From IMG/VR virus record IMGVR_UViG_3300037419_001472, positions 1 to 64,000 of that record: a stretch of DNA of 64,000 bases; one strand, given 5' to 3'. Source of the DNA: a virus. A model generated the notes under the pieces. That model saw only the letters and a list, made by a program, of their open reading frames with translations. It was not told the origin of the DNA and did not search any database. The position numbers and the translations under genes are program-made. Shown here piece by piece: positions 16,201-25,518 of the stretch; position 1 is the first letter of the stretch, and every line of letters begins with the position of its first letter.

Positions 16201-16292
16201 CGCTCTCATCCTCGCGTCTGGGCTTGGGACCAGCCCGGCACTGCGCCGGGGCCGCATTAGGCGGGGCCGAAGCCCCGCCCCCTCTGCGTGGC

Positions 16293-16745
16293 TCAGGCGG
16301 CCGACTCAGCAGCAGGCTGGACGTCCTCGATGATCTCCTTCTTGAGCGTGTGCTCGGCCTTCCGCCCGATCTCGTCCCAGGCATGCAGCTTGGCCTCGCG
16401 CTCGATGCCCTCGCAGAAGTTCGTGATCGGGCAGGTCGACCGCGTCATCAGCGACCCGCGGATGATCGCCCGGACCTCGTGCCGGGCCATCTCCGCGACC
16501 CGCTCGAGCCCGGCCCGGATGGTCGGCGCCTGGGCGGTCGGCGTCATCAGCTTGCGGGCCATCTTCCAGGCGACCATCTTCGCCTGGTACTCGGTCATCC
16601 GCTCCGTGTGGCTCGCAATGGCCCGCCAGCCGGCCATGAGGTTCTCGGCCAGCCGCTTCTTCGCCTGCTCGAACCAGTCCTCGACCAGTTCCAGCTCCAG
16701 GTTCCACTCGGTCACGATCTCGGTTGCCTTCATCGTCTTGCTCAT
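16293..16745 (-). CDS. hypothetical protein (150 aa)
   Basis: Start preceded by GAGGACGAGACCG. Helical, charged composition. Confidence 0.5.
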   Translation of the reverse strand: MSKTMKATEIVTEWNLELELVEDWFEQAKKRLAENLMAGWRAIASHTERMTEYQAKMVAWKMARKLMTPTAQAPTIRAGLERVAEMARHEVRAIIRGSLMTRSTCPITNFCEGIEREAKLHAWDEIGRKAEHTLKKEIIEDVQPAAESAA

Positions 16746-16778
16746 CGGTCTCGTCCTCGTGCCAGTAGTCCAGGGGGA

Positions 16779-17063
16779 TCAGAACCGGATCAGGTTGAAC
16801 GTCGCGCCCATGTGCTCCACGCGCGACCGCTTCACGTCGTAGGGGTCGAAGGCTTCGACCAGATCGCACCGCGAGAGGGAGAGTAGCCCGAGCCGGTTCA
16901 TCTCGACCAGTGCTGCCTTGAAGCCATCCAGGCTGACCTCGAACTGGCCCAGCGCCCATGCCGCGTGGATCCAGATCTTCCGCCCGACCAGGGCCGCCTT
17001 CGGGGCATCAGCAGCAATCAGCCTGATCCGGGCGGCCAGGGCTTCCATCTCGGTCCGGGTCAT
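16779..17063 (-). CDS. hypothetical protein (94 aa)
   Basis: First gene after promoter 17112-17139. Second ATG of GAGGATGAGACCAATG chosen. Confidence 0.5.
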   Translation of the reverse strand: MTRTEMEALAARIRLIAADAPKAALVGRKIWIHAAWALGQFEVSLDGFKAALVEMNRLGLLSLSRCDLVEAFDPYDVKRSRVEHMGATFNLIRF

Positions 17064-17111
17064 TGGTCTCATCCTCAGGTCTTCAGGTCGTCATCCCTCG
17101 CCTACGACCTT

Positions 17112-17139
17112 ATGATATCCTCCCCGATATCACAGTCAA
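17112..17139 (-). promoter_or_regulatory. promoter TTGACT-16-TATCAT with conserved leader
   Basis: CTTGACT-N16-TATCATAAGGTCGTAGGCGAGGGATGACGA. This is a paralogue of the 14756-14783 copy. Confidence 0.65.
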
Positions 17140-17169
17140 GCGTTAATCCCGGAAAAAATCCAGGATCGA

Positions 17170-17184
17170 ATCCCGAAACGGGAT
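17170..17184. promoter_or_regulatory. perfect palindrome ATCCCG-AAA-CGGGAT
   Basis: Self-complementary 15-mer upstream of the leftward promoter, in the divergent control region 17064-17293. Confidence 0.45.
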
Positions 17185-17293
17185 AAGCAGCCTTGTCGTC
17201 GGGACTTGGCGCGGCGTACGATTGATGGCTGGCGGCGTGCGCGCCGGTGGTGGCCGGCGGGTCCGGGGCGGGACATCACAGGGGGATGAGCCG

Positions 17294-17812
17294 ATGAACG
17301 GCGTGGGGATCCATGTGGCGGTCGCGTGCATGAGTCAGGTTCCCGCGGGGCCAGCGCTACCGCTGCCCCCATCCCACATGACGCCGGTCTTGCTGGCCGA
17401 GCAGTCGGCCCGCAAGCTGAGCATCGCGGTCCGCGCGGCTGCCGGCCAGATCCGCGACCGGATCGGCCGGGTCAGGTGGACCCTGATCCTCCCCGTCTGG
17501 CAGGTCATGACCTCGCCCGAGGTCCTGGCCGAACTGGGCAAGCTCGGGATCGAACTGGGCATCAAGGCGGTACAGCCCGAGGTCCTGCCGATCCTCGAGG
17601 CCGCGACCCCACTGGCGACCCGGCTGGTCTCGGACTCGGCCGCACTCCAGCGGTACAGCGATGCCCTGGCCCTGCTTCGCACGACGACGTTCAGTGACGC
17701 CGCCCTGGCCGCCTTCGAGGCGATCGAGGCCCAGGGCTTCTCAGTTCAGACGACCCTCCAACCGGAGACGCCTCCCGATGCCCCCAGCCGAGGACCAATC
17801 CATGTTGGCTGA
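17294..17812 (+). CDS. hypothetical protein (172 aa), first gene of the rightward block
   Basis: ATG preceded by GGGGATGAGCCG, the same stereotyped initiation region. Alternative start at 17378. Confidence 0.45.
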   Translation: MNGVGIHVAVACMSQVPAGPALPLPPSHMTPVLLAEQSARKLSIAVRAAAGQIRDRIGRVRWTLILPVWQVMTSPEVLAELGKLGIELGIKAVQPEVLPILEAATPLATRLVSDSAALQRYSDALALLRTTTFSDAALAAFEAIEAQGFSVQTTLQPETPPDAPSRGPIHVG

Positions 17813-18107
17813 TGTGCTTAGCATCGAGCACGAAGAGAACCAGGCGGATGCGCTCGACCAGGAGTATCAGGCCAGGCGCGCCGCGTTCAATGACACCATC
17901 GCGGCCCGGCGTCAGGCGCTGGCCGACCGCATGGCCGCCGAGGGGACCCAGGCCGCGATGAAGCAGCCGGGCGACCCGGTCGTCGTCATCCAGTGGGAGG
18001 GCCGGCTGCACGTCCTCCCGGTCAAGTACCTGTCGGCCCCGGCCCCGGCGGCTCCCGAGCCGGCCCATGCCGAGGCCGTCGCCCCGAGCATGCCGGCGGC
18101 CCAATGA
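17802..18107 (+). CDS. hypothetical protein (101 aa)
   Basis: ATG preceded by GAGGACCAATCC. Confidence 0.5.
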   Translation: MLADVLSIEHEENQADALDQEYQARRAAFNDTIAARRQALADRMAAEGTQAAMKQPGDPVVVIQWEGRLHVLPVKYLSAPAPAAPEPAHAEAVAPSMPAAQ

Positions 18108-18688
18108 AGCCCGACAAGCCGAGCCTGAAACCGACTCCGACGCCGCCGCCGAACCAGGCTGCGGCGGCCCCGCAATACCAGGCCCAGCCCACCGCGCCGC
18201 CCCGGGTGGTCTCGGGCCATCCCCGGCCGGCGCCGGCCTTCGCTGGCGCCGCGCCGCCGCGGCCGCTGGCCCAACTCGCCAGTCCCAGGGTCCTTGCGAT
18301 TGCCGCGCTGCTGCTGCTCGCGCTGATCGCGGACGTGGCGATCCGGTACCACCGTTCGTCCGGACCGGCTCCCGGTCCCCAGCCCGTCGCGAGCGCGTTC
18401 CGCAAGGGGGGCGATGCGAGGGCGCACAGCCTGCCGGCGATCGAGGCCCGGTCGCTTCGCAAGGCGGCCCAGGAGATCCGCGCGACGGACAAGCCGCTCG
18501 CGGACATCAAGGCCGCGCACTCCCAGGGCTGGGCCGACGCGCGCGAGAAGGATTTTGATGACCTGTTCGTCAAGCTGCTCGACGAAATCATCCCCGAGAA
18601 GGACGACAGGCCCTCGAAGGACCAGCGCGAGCGGTACGCGCAGGCGCTGGAAGAGATCGCGGACGGCGAAGAGGCCGGGGCCAAGTAA
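18104..18688 (+). CDS. membrane-anchored protein (Pro-rich N-terminus, one TM, charged C-terminus)
   Basis: ATGA overlap with the previous gene. TM segment VLAIAALLLLALIADVAI. Confidence 0.55.
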   Translation: MKPDKPSLKPTPTPPPNQAAAAPQYQAQPTAPPRVVSGHPRPAPAFAGAAPPRPLAQLASPRVLAIAALLLLALIADVAIRYHRSSGPAPGPQPVASAFRKGGDARAHSLPAIEARSLRKAAQEIRATDKPLADIKAAHSQGWADAREKDFDDLFVKLLDEIIPEKDDRPSKDQRERYAQALEEIADGEEAGAK

Positions 18689-18744
18689 GGCCCCGGCTTG
18701 CGTCATTTCCTGACCCATTGACTCTCAGACTGGAGTGCGACCTG

Positions 18745-19725
18745 ATGCAACCCGCCGTCCCGGTCGGGCATCCCGATCTCGACCGCCTTGATCTCGGCTA
18801 CCGGCCCAATCCGGCCGGGGTCAAGTTCTTCGAGGACCGCATGCCTCACCCGCCCCGCCTGGCCAATGCCGCCCCGCACTGGATGGGTGACGGCCAGGAG
18901 GGCGACCTGATGCCCTACCTCGCTCTCTACGAGGTTGAGATCCACAACGAGGATGGCTCGGTCTGGAAGCCCAAGGGGGAGGAGCCGCCCTACCGGGCCC
19001 AGACGGGCAACAACTGCACGAGCGAGGGGATGATGCACGTCCTCGACCTCTTGCAGTGTGTCGCGGCCGCCAGGACGGAGTCGCCCGATGGAACAGTCCC
19101 GGTCGTGCACCGGACCTGTGTCGAGTTCACCTACGCCGCGGGTCTGCTCAAGGCCAACATGCGGGGGGACAACGGCTGCTATGGCGCGCCGATGGCGGCC
19201 GGCGCGTGCGAGGTCGGCGCCGTCACCTATGCCACGGTTGGCCAGCCCTACGAGGAGGACCGCTCCCGCCTGCATGCCTTCGCCAACGACCCCTCGGGCA
19301 CGGTCCAGCGGTACCAGGACAAGGCAGTCAAAGCCGGCAAGAAGGTCAAAATCGGCTCATGGGATGAGCTGTGCGCCGCCCTGGCCAACGAGTTGCTCGT
19401 GACCATCGCGTCCAACGTGGGCTATAACACGCCGCGCGACGAGAAGGGGATTTGCCGGCGGGCTGGGTCCTGGGCGCACCAGATGATGTTCGCCGGCATC
19501 ATCCGGAGTGACGGCATCGAGACGGCCGTGCAGTTCCAGAGTTGGGGACCGAACAACCCGCATGGCCCGACCCCGTTCCGGATCCCCACGTTTTCCTTCC
19601 GGACGCACCGCCGCGACGTCGAGGCCCAGCTCGCCGAGGGCGATTGCTGGGGGATCGGCCTGTTCCCCGGGTTCGAGCGGCGGCCCCTGCCGAACCGCTG
19701 GACCAACAAGGGCTGGGGACGATGA
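18745..19725 (+). CDS. papain-fold (C1-like) cysteine peptidase candidate
   Basis: Q-x5-C (QTGNNCTSEG), later SWAHQMMFAG (His), then QFQSWGPNNPHG resembling the NSWG block of papain. Order and spacing fit a Cys-His-Asn/Gln triad. Confidence 0.5.
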   Translation: MQPAVPVGHPDLDRLDLGYRPNPAGVKFFEDRMPHPPRLANAAPHWMGDGQEGDLMPYLALYEVEIHNEDGSVWKPKGEEPPYRAQTGNNCTSEGMMHVLDLLQCVAAARTESPDGTVPVVHRTCVEFTYAAGLLKANMRGDNGCYGAPMAAGACEVGAVTYATVGQPYEEDRSRLHAFANDPSGTVQRYQDKAVKAGKKVKIGSWDELCAALANELLVTIASNVGYNTPRDEKGICRRAGSWAHQMMFAGIIRSDGIETAVQFQSWGPNNPHGPTPFRIPTFSFRTHRRDVEAQLAEGDCWGIGLFPGFERRPLPNRWTNKGWGR

Positions 19726-20567
19726 TGCACAGCCTGGTGCTGCTGGCTGCCATGGGCGGCGGCCCCTGGAGCAACGCGGGCTGGTCGGGGGATGCCCCGG
19801 CCAGCCCGTCACCCATGGTACTCCAGCCCATGGACCCGATCGCGATCCATGTCCCTGACGTTCGCGCGATCCAGCCGCTCGGTCCGGTCCGCAGGAATGC
19901 CGTGGCCGACCCGGGAGGGCCCCCAGCCAGCGCAGCCGAGCCGGGCTGGCCTGAGGACCGCCAGGCCGCGCGGGTGCTTGCCCTGGCGGCCCTGAACGAG
20001 CGGAGGCAGCAGCGCGGAGTATCCCCGGTGGCACTCGATGAGAAGCTGACCGCGGCGGCGCAGGAACATGCTGAGGCGATCGGATCGGGCTCGCCCTGGC
20101 CGCACCCCTGGCCGCATCAGGGGTTTCCCGAGCGGGTCCGCACGCGGGGCTGGACGTTCCGGGATTGCGGGATCCGGAATCGCGGCTTCGGCAACGTCTC
20201 CGAGGGGATCGCCTGGGGTGGTGAGTCACCCGAGGAGGGGATCCTGATCCTGGACGGCGCGAGCGACCCTCATGAGGGGCATCGCGCCGACTTCGAGGAC
20301 CCGGCCTTCACTCACGTCGGGATCGGCATTGCTCCGCATCACCTGTACGGCCATGTGGTCGTGGTCGATTACGGCGCTCAGTGTGCCAGGCTGACCCCGC
20401 CGCCGATCCCTGACCGGCCCACCGCGCCGCCGGCGGCTCAGCCCGCCAGGACGCCAGTTGGGGCGCCCGCGTCGAGGCCGGCCGCGACCCTCCCACTCCA
20501 GCCGCAACCGCCGCCCCGGCGCAGCCCTTACCCGCAGCCGGCGACCCTGCCAATCTATCGTCACTGA
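19722..20567 (+). CDS. secreted CAP/SCP (PR-1-like) domain protein with Pro-rich tail
   Basis: N-terminal hydrophobic signal-like MMHSLVLLAAMGG. ALNERRQQRGVSPVALDEKLTAAAQEHA...GHRADFEDPAFTHVGIG fits the CAP domain. ATGA overlap with the peptidase. Confidence 0.6.
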   Translation: MMHSLVLLAAMGGGPWSNAGWSGDAPASPSPMVLQPMDPIAIHVPDVRAIQPLGPVRRNAVADPGGPPASAAEPGWPEDRQAARVLALAALNERRQQRGVSPVALDEKLTAAAQEHAEAIGSGSPWPHPWPHQGFPERVRTRGWTFRDCGIRNRGFGNVSEGIAWGGESPEEGILILDGASDPHEGHRADFEDPAFTHVGIGIAPHHLYGHVVVVDYGAQCARLTPPPIPDRPTAPPAAQPARTPVGAPASRPAATLPLQPQPPPRRSPYPQPATLPIYRH

Positions 20568-20626
20568 CCCGAACCGAATCCCCGACCGCCGCGATGTCGC
20601 GGCCCCATCCCGAGGGAACCCGAGCG

Positions 20627-21085
20627 ATGTCGCTGATCGAGAGCCCGCACCACCTGCATGCCCTGCACTTCCCAGCCCTGCCGACGCCAGGTGCGATTTT
20701 CGCCGTCGCCGGTGCCGCGGCGACTGCGCTCATGCCCAACGAGCATCTGTCGGCCGGCTACCTGATCGGCGTGATCGGGATGGGGCTGTACTACGGCTGC
20801 CGCGTGCTGGCCGTCTGGCTCGACCGCAAGCATGAGACCTCGGCACTGAAGCGGCAGATTCGGGATAGTGAGGAACGAGGCGAGGACCTCAAGCGGACGA
20901 TCGAGGACCTCCGCGCGGAGCTTCGCGACCAGCGCTCGCGGCATGCGACCGAAATCCAGACGATCCTCGCCGTAGCAATCACGGGCCGGCTCGAGGACCT
21001 GGCCGGGATCGTGCCTCAGCAACAGCCGCCGGCCGCCCTGGAACCCGAGCCGGAGATGGTCGGCGGTCTCGGGACAGATGAGTGA
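20627..21085 (+). CDS. membrane protein with C-terminal coiled coil
   Basis: Two hydrophobic segments, then RQIRDSEERGEDLKRTIEDLRAELRDQ. Start preceded by GAGGGAACCCGAGCG; alternative ATG at 20594. Confidence 0.5.
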   Translation: MSLIESPHHLHALHFPALPTPGAIFAVAGAAATALMPNEHLSAGYLIGVIGMGLYYGCRVLAVWLDRKHETSALKRQIRDSEERGEDLKRTIEDLRAELRDQRSRHATEIQTILAVAITGRLEDLAGIVPQQQPPAALEPEPEMVGGLGTDE

Positions 21086-21198
21086 CGGCGCGCGACAGCG
21101 TGTCCGTTTGCCGAAAAATTCTTCCCTTGTTGGCCTCATGAGTTAGGGCGAAATCGGTTCATTCGATGTCCGCGTCGCATCATAGGAGTGAATCCGCG

Positions 21199-21483
21199 AT
21201 GATGGGGATCCGAACTAGCGGCGAAGCTGCCGAGTGCCATGGACCGATGAGGCTCTCCAGGGGACGAACCCTGAACGATGCCGAGGGGCGTCGCCTGAAT
21301 GACCTGCTTTACGGACTGCTGATCTCAGCCGGCTACTCGCCGGCCGATTCGCATTTCGTGCTGTCGATGAAGCGGGTGCCGCGGCACCGGCGACGGCGAC
21401 AGCGGGAGGTCATGACGCACGCCCCCGACATCCTGGCCGCGATCCGATCCACCTTCGCGGGAGAAATGCCGCATGCCGGCTGA
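21199..21483 (+). CDS. hypothetical protein (94 aa)
   Basis: AGGAG lies 10 nt upstream of ATGATG. Moderate GC3. Confidence 0.35.
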   Translation: MMGIRTSGEAAECHGPMRLSRGRTLNDAEGRRLNDLLYGLLISAGYSPADSHFVLSMKRVPRHRRRRQREVMTHAPDILAAIRSTFAGEMPHAG

Positions 21484-22102
21484 CTGGGGGTCGAAGGTCT
21501 CCATGGCCCTGGGCCGGTACGCGAGGGCGACGGCCGGCGAGGAAGGCAAGCCCGCCCCGGATGTGTGCTCACGCGAGTTCGTTGAGCTGGTCCGGCACGA
21601 GGAGTTCCAGCATCAGATCCGCGACGAGATGCCCTGGCTGCTGGTACCCGAGCGAGAGATCGTCCCCCTGGCCGGCGAGCCTGCATGGGAGCCGGGCCTG
21701 GAAGATCCTGAGGCCGCCCGCTGCCCGCGCTGCCTGGGCCGCTTCGAGCCGATTTCGCGGGAGATCCCGAGGCGTGAGCTGGTCCGGCGCGGCCGGCAAG
21801 TCTCCTTTATCGAGCCGCCCGTGACCATCCATGTCGTGAGGATCGGCGGCCAGTTGCAGCCTGATGGGACGGTCAAGCCTGATGAGGATCGCCGGGAGGG
21901 CTGCCCGGTCTGTCGCGGCAGGATCGCCCGGGGGTCGGCCCTGTACTGTCCCAAGTGCCAGGCCTCGGGCTTCGACGGCAAACTGTACCGTCAGGTCAGG
22001 ATCGCGGGGCTGCCTGCCCCCGAGCAACAGCCTCAGCCATGCAAGGCCAGGAAGCGGGCAAGCCGCAAGGAACGACGCAAGGCCAGGAGTCCGAAATCAT
22101 GA
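21473..22102 (+). CDS. zinc-ribbon protein (209 aa)
   Basis: CPRC...CPVC...CPKC motifs and a basic tail. Confidence 0.5.
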   Translation: MPADWGSKVSMALGRYARATAGEEGKPAPDVCSREFVELVRHEEFQHQIRDEMPWLLVPEREIVPLAGEPAWEPGLEDPEAARCPRCLGRFEPISREIPRRELVRRGRQVSFIEPPVTIHVVRIGGQLQPDGTVKPDEDRREGCPVCRGRIARGSALYCPKCQASGFDGKLYRQVRIAGLPAPEQQPQPCKARKRASRKERRKARSPKS

Positions 22103-22545
22103 GCAGCCCCAAGGAATCCGCCGCCGTCGAGGCCCTGGCTGTCTTCCAGTCACTGGGCGAGGAAGACTACGACCGGATCCAGGAGCGGATCGCCGAGTTG
22201 ACTCGCGAGTTGGACTCGCTTCAGGCGCTGGCCCGGTTCGTCGGCATCAAGGTCGGCCGGGTCCAGGTAAAGCCGCGCGGGCCCGGCTCGAGGGTTTCGG
22301 GCAAGGCGGCGGCCCGGCCGGCCGAGGTCGTCGATGCCAATCTTAAGCTTCAGAGTCGGCGGATCGATGTCGCCCGCTACATCGCCCATGCCGGGATGAC
22401 GAAGCCAGGAACGCTCATCAAGGCACTGTCGATCTCGCCCCGGATCATCGGTGATTTGCTCGACCATCCCTGGTTTGCCCGCGATGGTGAGCGGATCAAA
22501 CTGACCCCCGAAGGCCACCGGGCCGCCACCCAACGGGACGACTGA
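22099..22545 (+). CDS. putative winged-helix DNA-binding protein
   Basis: ATGA overlap with the previous gene. N-terminal coiled coil and a C-terminal wHTH-like segment ARYIAHAGMTKPGTLIKALSISPRIIGDLL. Confidence 0.4.
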   Translation: MSSPKESAAVEALAVFQSLGEEDYDRIQERIAELTRELDSLQALARFVGIKVGRVQVKPRGPGSRVSGKAAARPAEVVDANLKLQSRRIDVARYIAHAGMTKPGTLIKALSISPRIIGDLLDHPWFARDGERIKLTPEGHRAATQRDD

Positions 22546-22554
22546 GGACCGATC

Positions 22555-22842
22555 ATGACCGGTTCGACCATGCCGCGGCGGCGCAAGCGGAAGCAGCCGC
22601 TGACCCAGACCCTGATCGTCAATGCCGGGGCCGTGATGCTGCTCGGCATCGGCGGCCACCAGTGCTACCAGGGCAAGCTGTCCGAGGCCTCGGGAACCGT
22701 CGTGCTCGGATTGGGTTTGATGGGGATCGGGACCGCCCAGAGCGCGGCCCACGGGAAGCTGGATGAGATTTTGGGCCACACACTGGACATCCGGAACAAC
22801 CCCGCCAACGGCGGCACGTCGACCACGCCGCCGGCGAGCTGA
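22555..22842 (+). CDS. small two-TM membrane protein (holin-like topology)
   Basis: Basic N-terminus followed by two Gly-rich hydrophobic segments. Confidence 0.45.
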   Translation: MTGSTMPRRRKRKQPLTQTLIVNAGAVMLLGIGGHQCYQGKLSEASGTVVLGLGLMGIGTAQSAAHGKLDEILGHTLDIRNNPANGGTSTTPPAS

Positions 22843-22946
22843 CCGGACCAGCACCACCAAAACAACCACCGTGAAGGGGCCGCCTCCAGGCTGATTTCTG
22901 GGGGCGGCCCCGCTATGCTTTGCACCCCTGTTCCCTGGAGCGTTCC

Positions 22947-23261
22947 ATGGGCTTCTATCTGAAGGCCGCCAGCATTGGTGCCGACCCGGCCGTGCTCGAG
23001 GGCACGCCGGCCGAGGATGGTCTGGTCCGCGTCACCGGCCCGGCCGAGCATCACCTGTGCGGGTCCAAGGTCGCGCCGCTGTACCTGCACCCGCTGGCCG
23101 ACAATGCCGGTCCGGCCCGGATGATCGAGCATGCCGAGTTCCAGGTCTTGCGCGCGAGCCTGTTGCCGAAGTCAGCCGTGGCCGCGGCCGCGCCCGCTCC
23201 GACCCCGGCACCCGCCGCGGCGGCGATCCCGGCTGAGCCGACCACGATCAAGCCGAGCTGA
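22947..23261 (+). CDS. hypothetical protein (104 aa)
   Basis: GGAG lies 7 nt upstream of the ATG. Confidence 0.4.
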   Translation: MGFYLKAASIGADPAVLEGTPAEDGLVRVTGPAEHHLCGSKVAPLYLHPLADNAGPARMIEHAEFQVLRASLLPKSAVAAAAPAPTPAPAAAAIPAEPTTIKPS

Positions 23262-23358
23262 GCCGGCGCAAGGTCGGGCTGATCCGGGAGACGATCCGGA
23301 CTGTCACCGAGCCTGTTCCCGTTTGACTGACTGACCCGTTCCCCACATGGAGGCCGTC

Positions 23359-23814
23359 ATGGGCCGAGAATTGAAGGCCACTCTGCTTGTCGACGGGGAT
23401 TCCCTGTTCGACATGATCCACGCCCAGAATTGTCTCGAGCATCTTAGCCGGGATCCTATGCTGGGCGGGATCGTTATCTACGTGCTCCCGGACGGCCCCC
23501 GCAAGGGCGAGCCTCGCGCCGCCATCATCAGCCGCGTCTGGCAGCCGGCCGGCCATGAGACAGCCCCGGGGATGTCCAATCTCTGCGTCATCCGCGACCA
23601 GGCTGATGACTTTCCTGTCGGCCTGGAAGGCGCCTACGTCGGGGTTGGCTCCGTCCTCTACGACCCGAGCGGCAAGCCGGGCACCTGGCACTGGTTCTTT
23701 GACGAGCTTGACCAGTCGGCGCCGCCCCTTCCGTTGCCTCTGCCGCCCGCCGAGGAGCCGATCGTCCCGGCCGCGATCCCGACCGAGAGCGCGGGTCCCG
23801 AGAGCTCGAGTTGA
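23359..23814 (+). CDS. hypothetical protein (151 aa)
   Basis: Second ATG of ATGGAGGCCGTCATG chosen (the first lies inside the SD). Confidence 0.45.
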   Translation: MGRELKATLLVDGDSLFDMIHAQNCLEHLSRDPMLGGIVIYVLPDGPRKGEPRAAIISRVWQPAGHETAPGMSNLCVIRDQADDFPVGLEGAYVGVGSVLYDPSGKPGTWHWFFDELDQSAPPLPLPLPPAEEPIVPAAIPTESAGPESSS

Positions 23815-23894
23815 GTCACACCATTCACCCTTGAAGGCTTCGCGCGATTGCTGATTTGGTCGCGCGGAGCCGCCACGTTCCGGGAGCCGCATCC

Positions 23895-24638
23895 GTGGCG
23901 AAGCCAGACAAGCCGGGTCAAGAGATTGCCTGGAAGGGGCCAGACTCGCTCCGGTCCTTCCTCGTGCCCATCGATGAGTTGCATGAGGACCCGGCCAACA
24001 CGAACGACCATGATGACGAGTCGATCCGCCGCATTGCCGCGGCTTATGCCGCCTACGGTCAGCAGCGGTTTGTCGTCGGCGATGCCAGCAAGGTCGTCCG
24101 GGCCGGGAATGGGCAACTCGCGGCGGCGCGGCGGCTAGGGTGGACGCACCTGGCGTACAACGTGTCAGACCTCACCGGCACGGCCCTGACCGGCTTCGCC
24201 ATCGCGGACAACCGCACGGCCGAGTTCAGCAGCCGCAATGAGGAGCGTTTGGCCGAGATGCTCGAGGCGATCGCGACTGACCCCGCGGCGACCCTGGAGG
24301 CGACCGGCTACGAGCGATCCGAGCTGGATGACCTGCTGGAGAGGATCGGGGCCAAGGCCGCCGGCGATGAGGCCTCAGCCGGCGTCGAGGTCGATGACCC
24401 GATGGCTGAATGGCAGGGGATGCCCGAGTGTGAGAATGAGGACCAGAGTCCGTTCCGCACCCTGCGTATCCATTTTCGTTCAGCCGAGGATGTCCAGGAC
24501 TTCGCAAAGCTGCTCGGCCAGAAAATCACGGATGGGATCAAGTTCCTCTGGCACCCGAGGGCCGAGGCAGCCAACTGGAGCGCGAACCCTTACGTCGATG
24601 CCATTGACGAGGATGAACTGGGCGGCGATGAACCCTAG
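23895..24638 (+). CDS. ParB-like N-terminal (nuclease/CTPase fold) domain protein
   Basis: LVPIDELHEDPANTNDH...IAAAYAAYGQQRFVVG...VRAGNGQLAAARRLGW fits the ParB/Srx fold. GTG start is uncertain (the track gives TTG at 23856). Confidence 0.7.
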   Translation: MAKPDKPGQEIAWKGPDSLRSFLVPIDELHEDPANTNDHDDESIRRIAAAYAAYGQQRFVVGDASKVVRAGNGQLAAARRLGWTHLAYNVSDLTGTALTGFAIADNRTAEFSSRNEERLAEMLEAIATDPAATLEATGYERSELDDLLERIGAKAAGDEASAGVEVDDPMAEWQGMPECENEDQSPFRTLRIHFRSAEDVQDFAKLLGQKITDGIKFLWHPRAEAANWSANPYVDAIDEDELGGDEP

Positions 24639-25488
24639 ATACCCGGTTTACGTGATCTCGAAGGGGCGAGCGGATAACCTCATCACGCCCCGCTACCTGG
24701 CCAAGATGTCCGTCCCCTTCAGCCTCGTTATCGAGCCTCAGGAACAGGGCGCGTATGCCAGGGCCATGGCTGGGGCTGGGATCGATCCCGGACACCTGCT
24801 GATCCTACCGTTCCGCAATCTCGGCCAGGGATCGATCCCGGCGCGCAACTGGGTCTGGGACCACGCCCTGGCCGGTGGCCACGCGCGGCACTGGATCCTG
24901 GACGACAACATCCAGGGCTTCTATCGCTACCACGGCAACATCAAGCGCCATGTCTGGACCGGGGCCATCTTCGCAGCGGCTGAGGACTTCACGGACCGCT
25001 ACCTGAACGTCCGGCTGTCCGGGTTCCAGTACGAGATGTTCGTCCCCCGGCGCAAGGCATGGCCGCCCTTCTACGTCAACACTCGCATCTACTCGTGCAT
25101 CCTGATCGACAATGCCTGCCGCCACCGCTGGCGGGGCCGGTACAACGAGGACACCGACCTGTCGATCCGCGTGCTCAAGGACGGGGACTGCACGATCCTG
25201 TTCAATGCCTTCCTGGCAAACAAAATCGCCACGATGACCTGCAAGGGCGGCAACACGGACGAACTGTACCGGCAGGATGACCAGTTTGATGGCCGTCTCG
25301 AGATGGCCCGATCACTCCAGCGCCAGCATCCTGACATCGTCAAGATCACCCGCAAGTGGGGCCGCTGGCAGCACCACGTCGATTACCGACCCTTCAAGGG
25401 CAACAAGCTGATCCGCCGGCCCGACCTGTCGATCCCCCAGGGGATCGACAACTACGGCATGGTCCTGGCCAGGCCCGACGATTCCTGA
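24628..25488 (+). CDS. GT-A-like glycosyltransferase candidate (possibly a DNA-base glycosyltransferase type)
   Basis: VYVISKGRADN...LVIEPQE...WILDDNI (DxD-like)...NEDTDLSIR. Overlaps the ParB gene by 11 nt. Confidence 0.45.
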   Translation: MNPRYPVYVISKGRADNLITPRYLAKMSVPFSLVIEPQEQGAYARAMAGAGIDPGHLLILPFRNLGQGSIPARNWVWDHALAGGHARHWILDDNIQGFYRYHGNIKRHVWTGAIFAAAEDFTDRYLNVRLSGFQYEMFVPRRKAWPPFYVNTRIYSCILIDNACRHRWRGRYNEDTDLSIRVLKDGDCTILFNAFLANKIATMTCKGGNTDELYRQDDQFDGRLEMARSLQRQHPDIVKITRKWGRWQHHVDYRPFKGNKLIRRPDLSIPQGIDNYGMVLARPDDS

Positions 25489-25518
25489 TTGCCCCAGCCG
25501 CCCAGACCCGAGGTCTCG

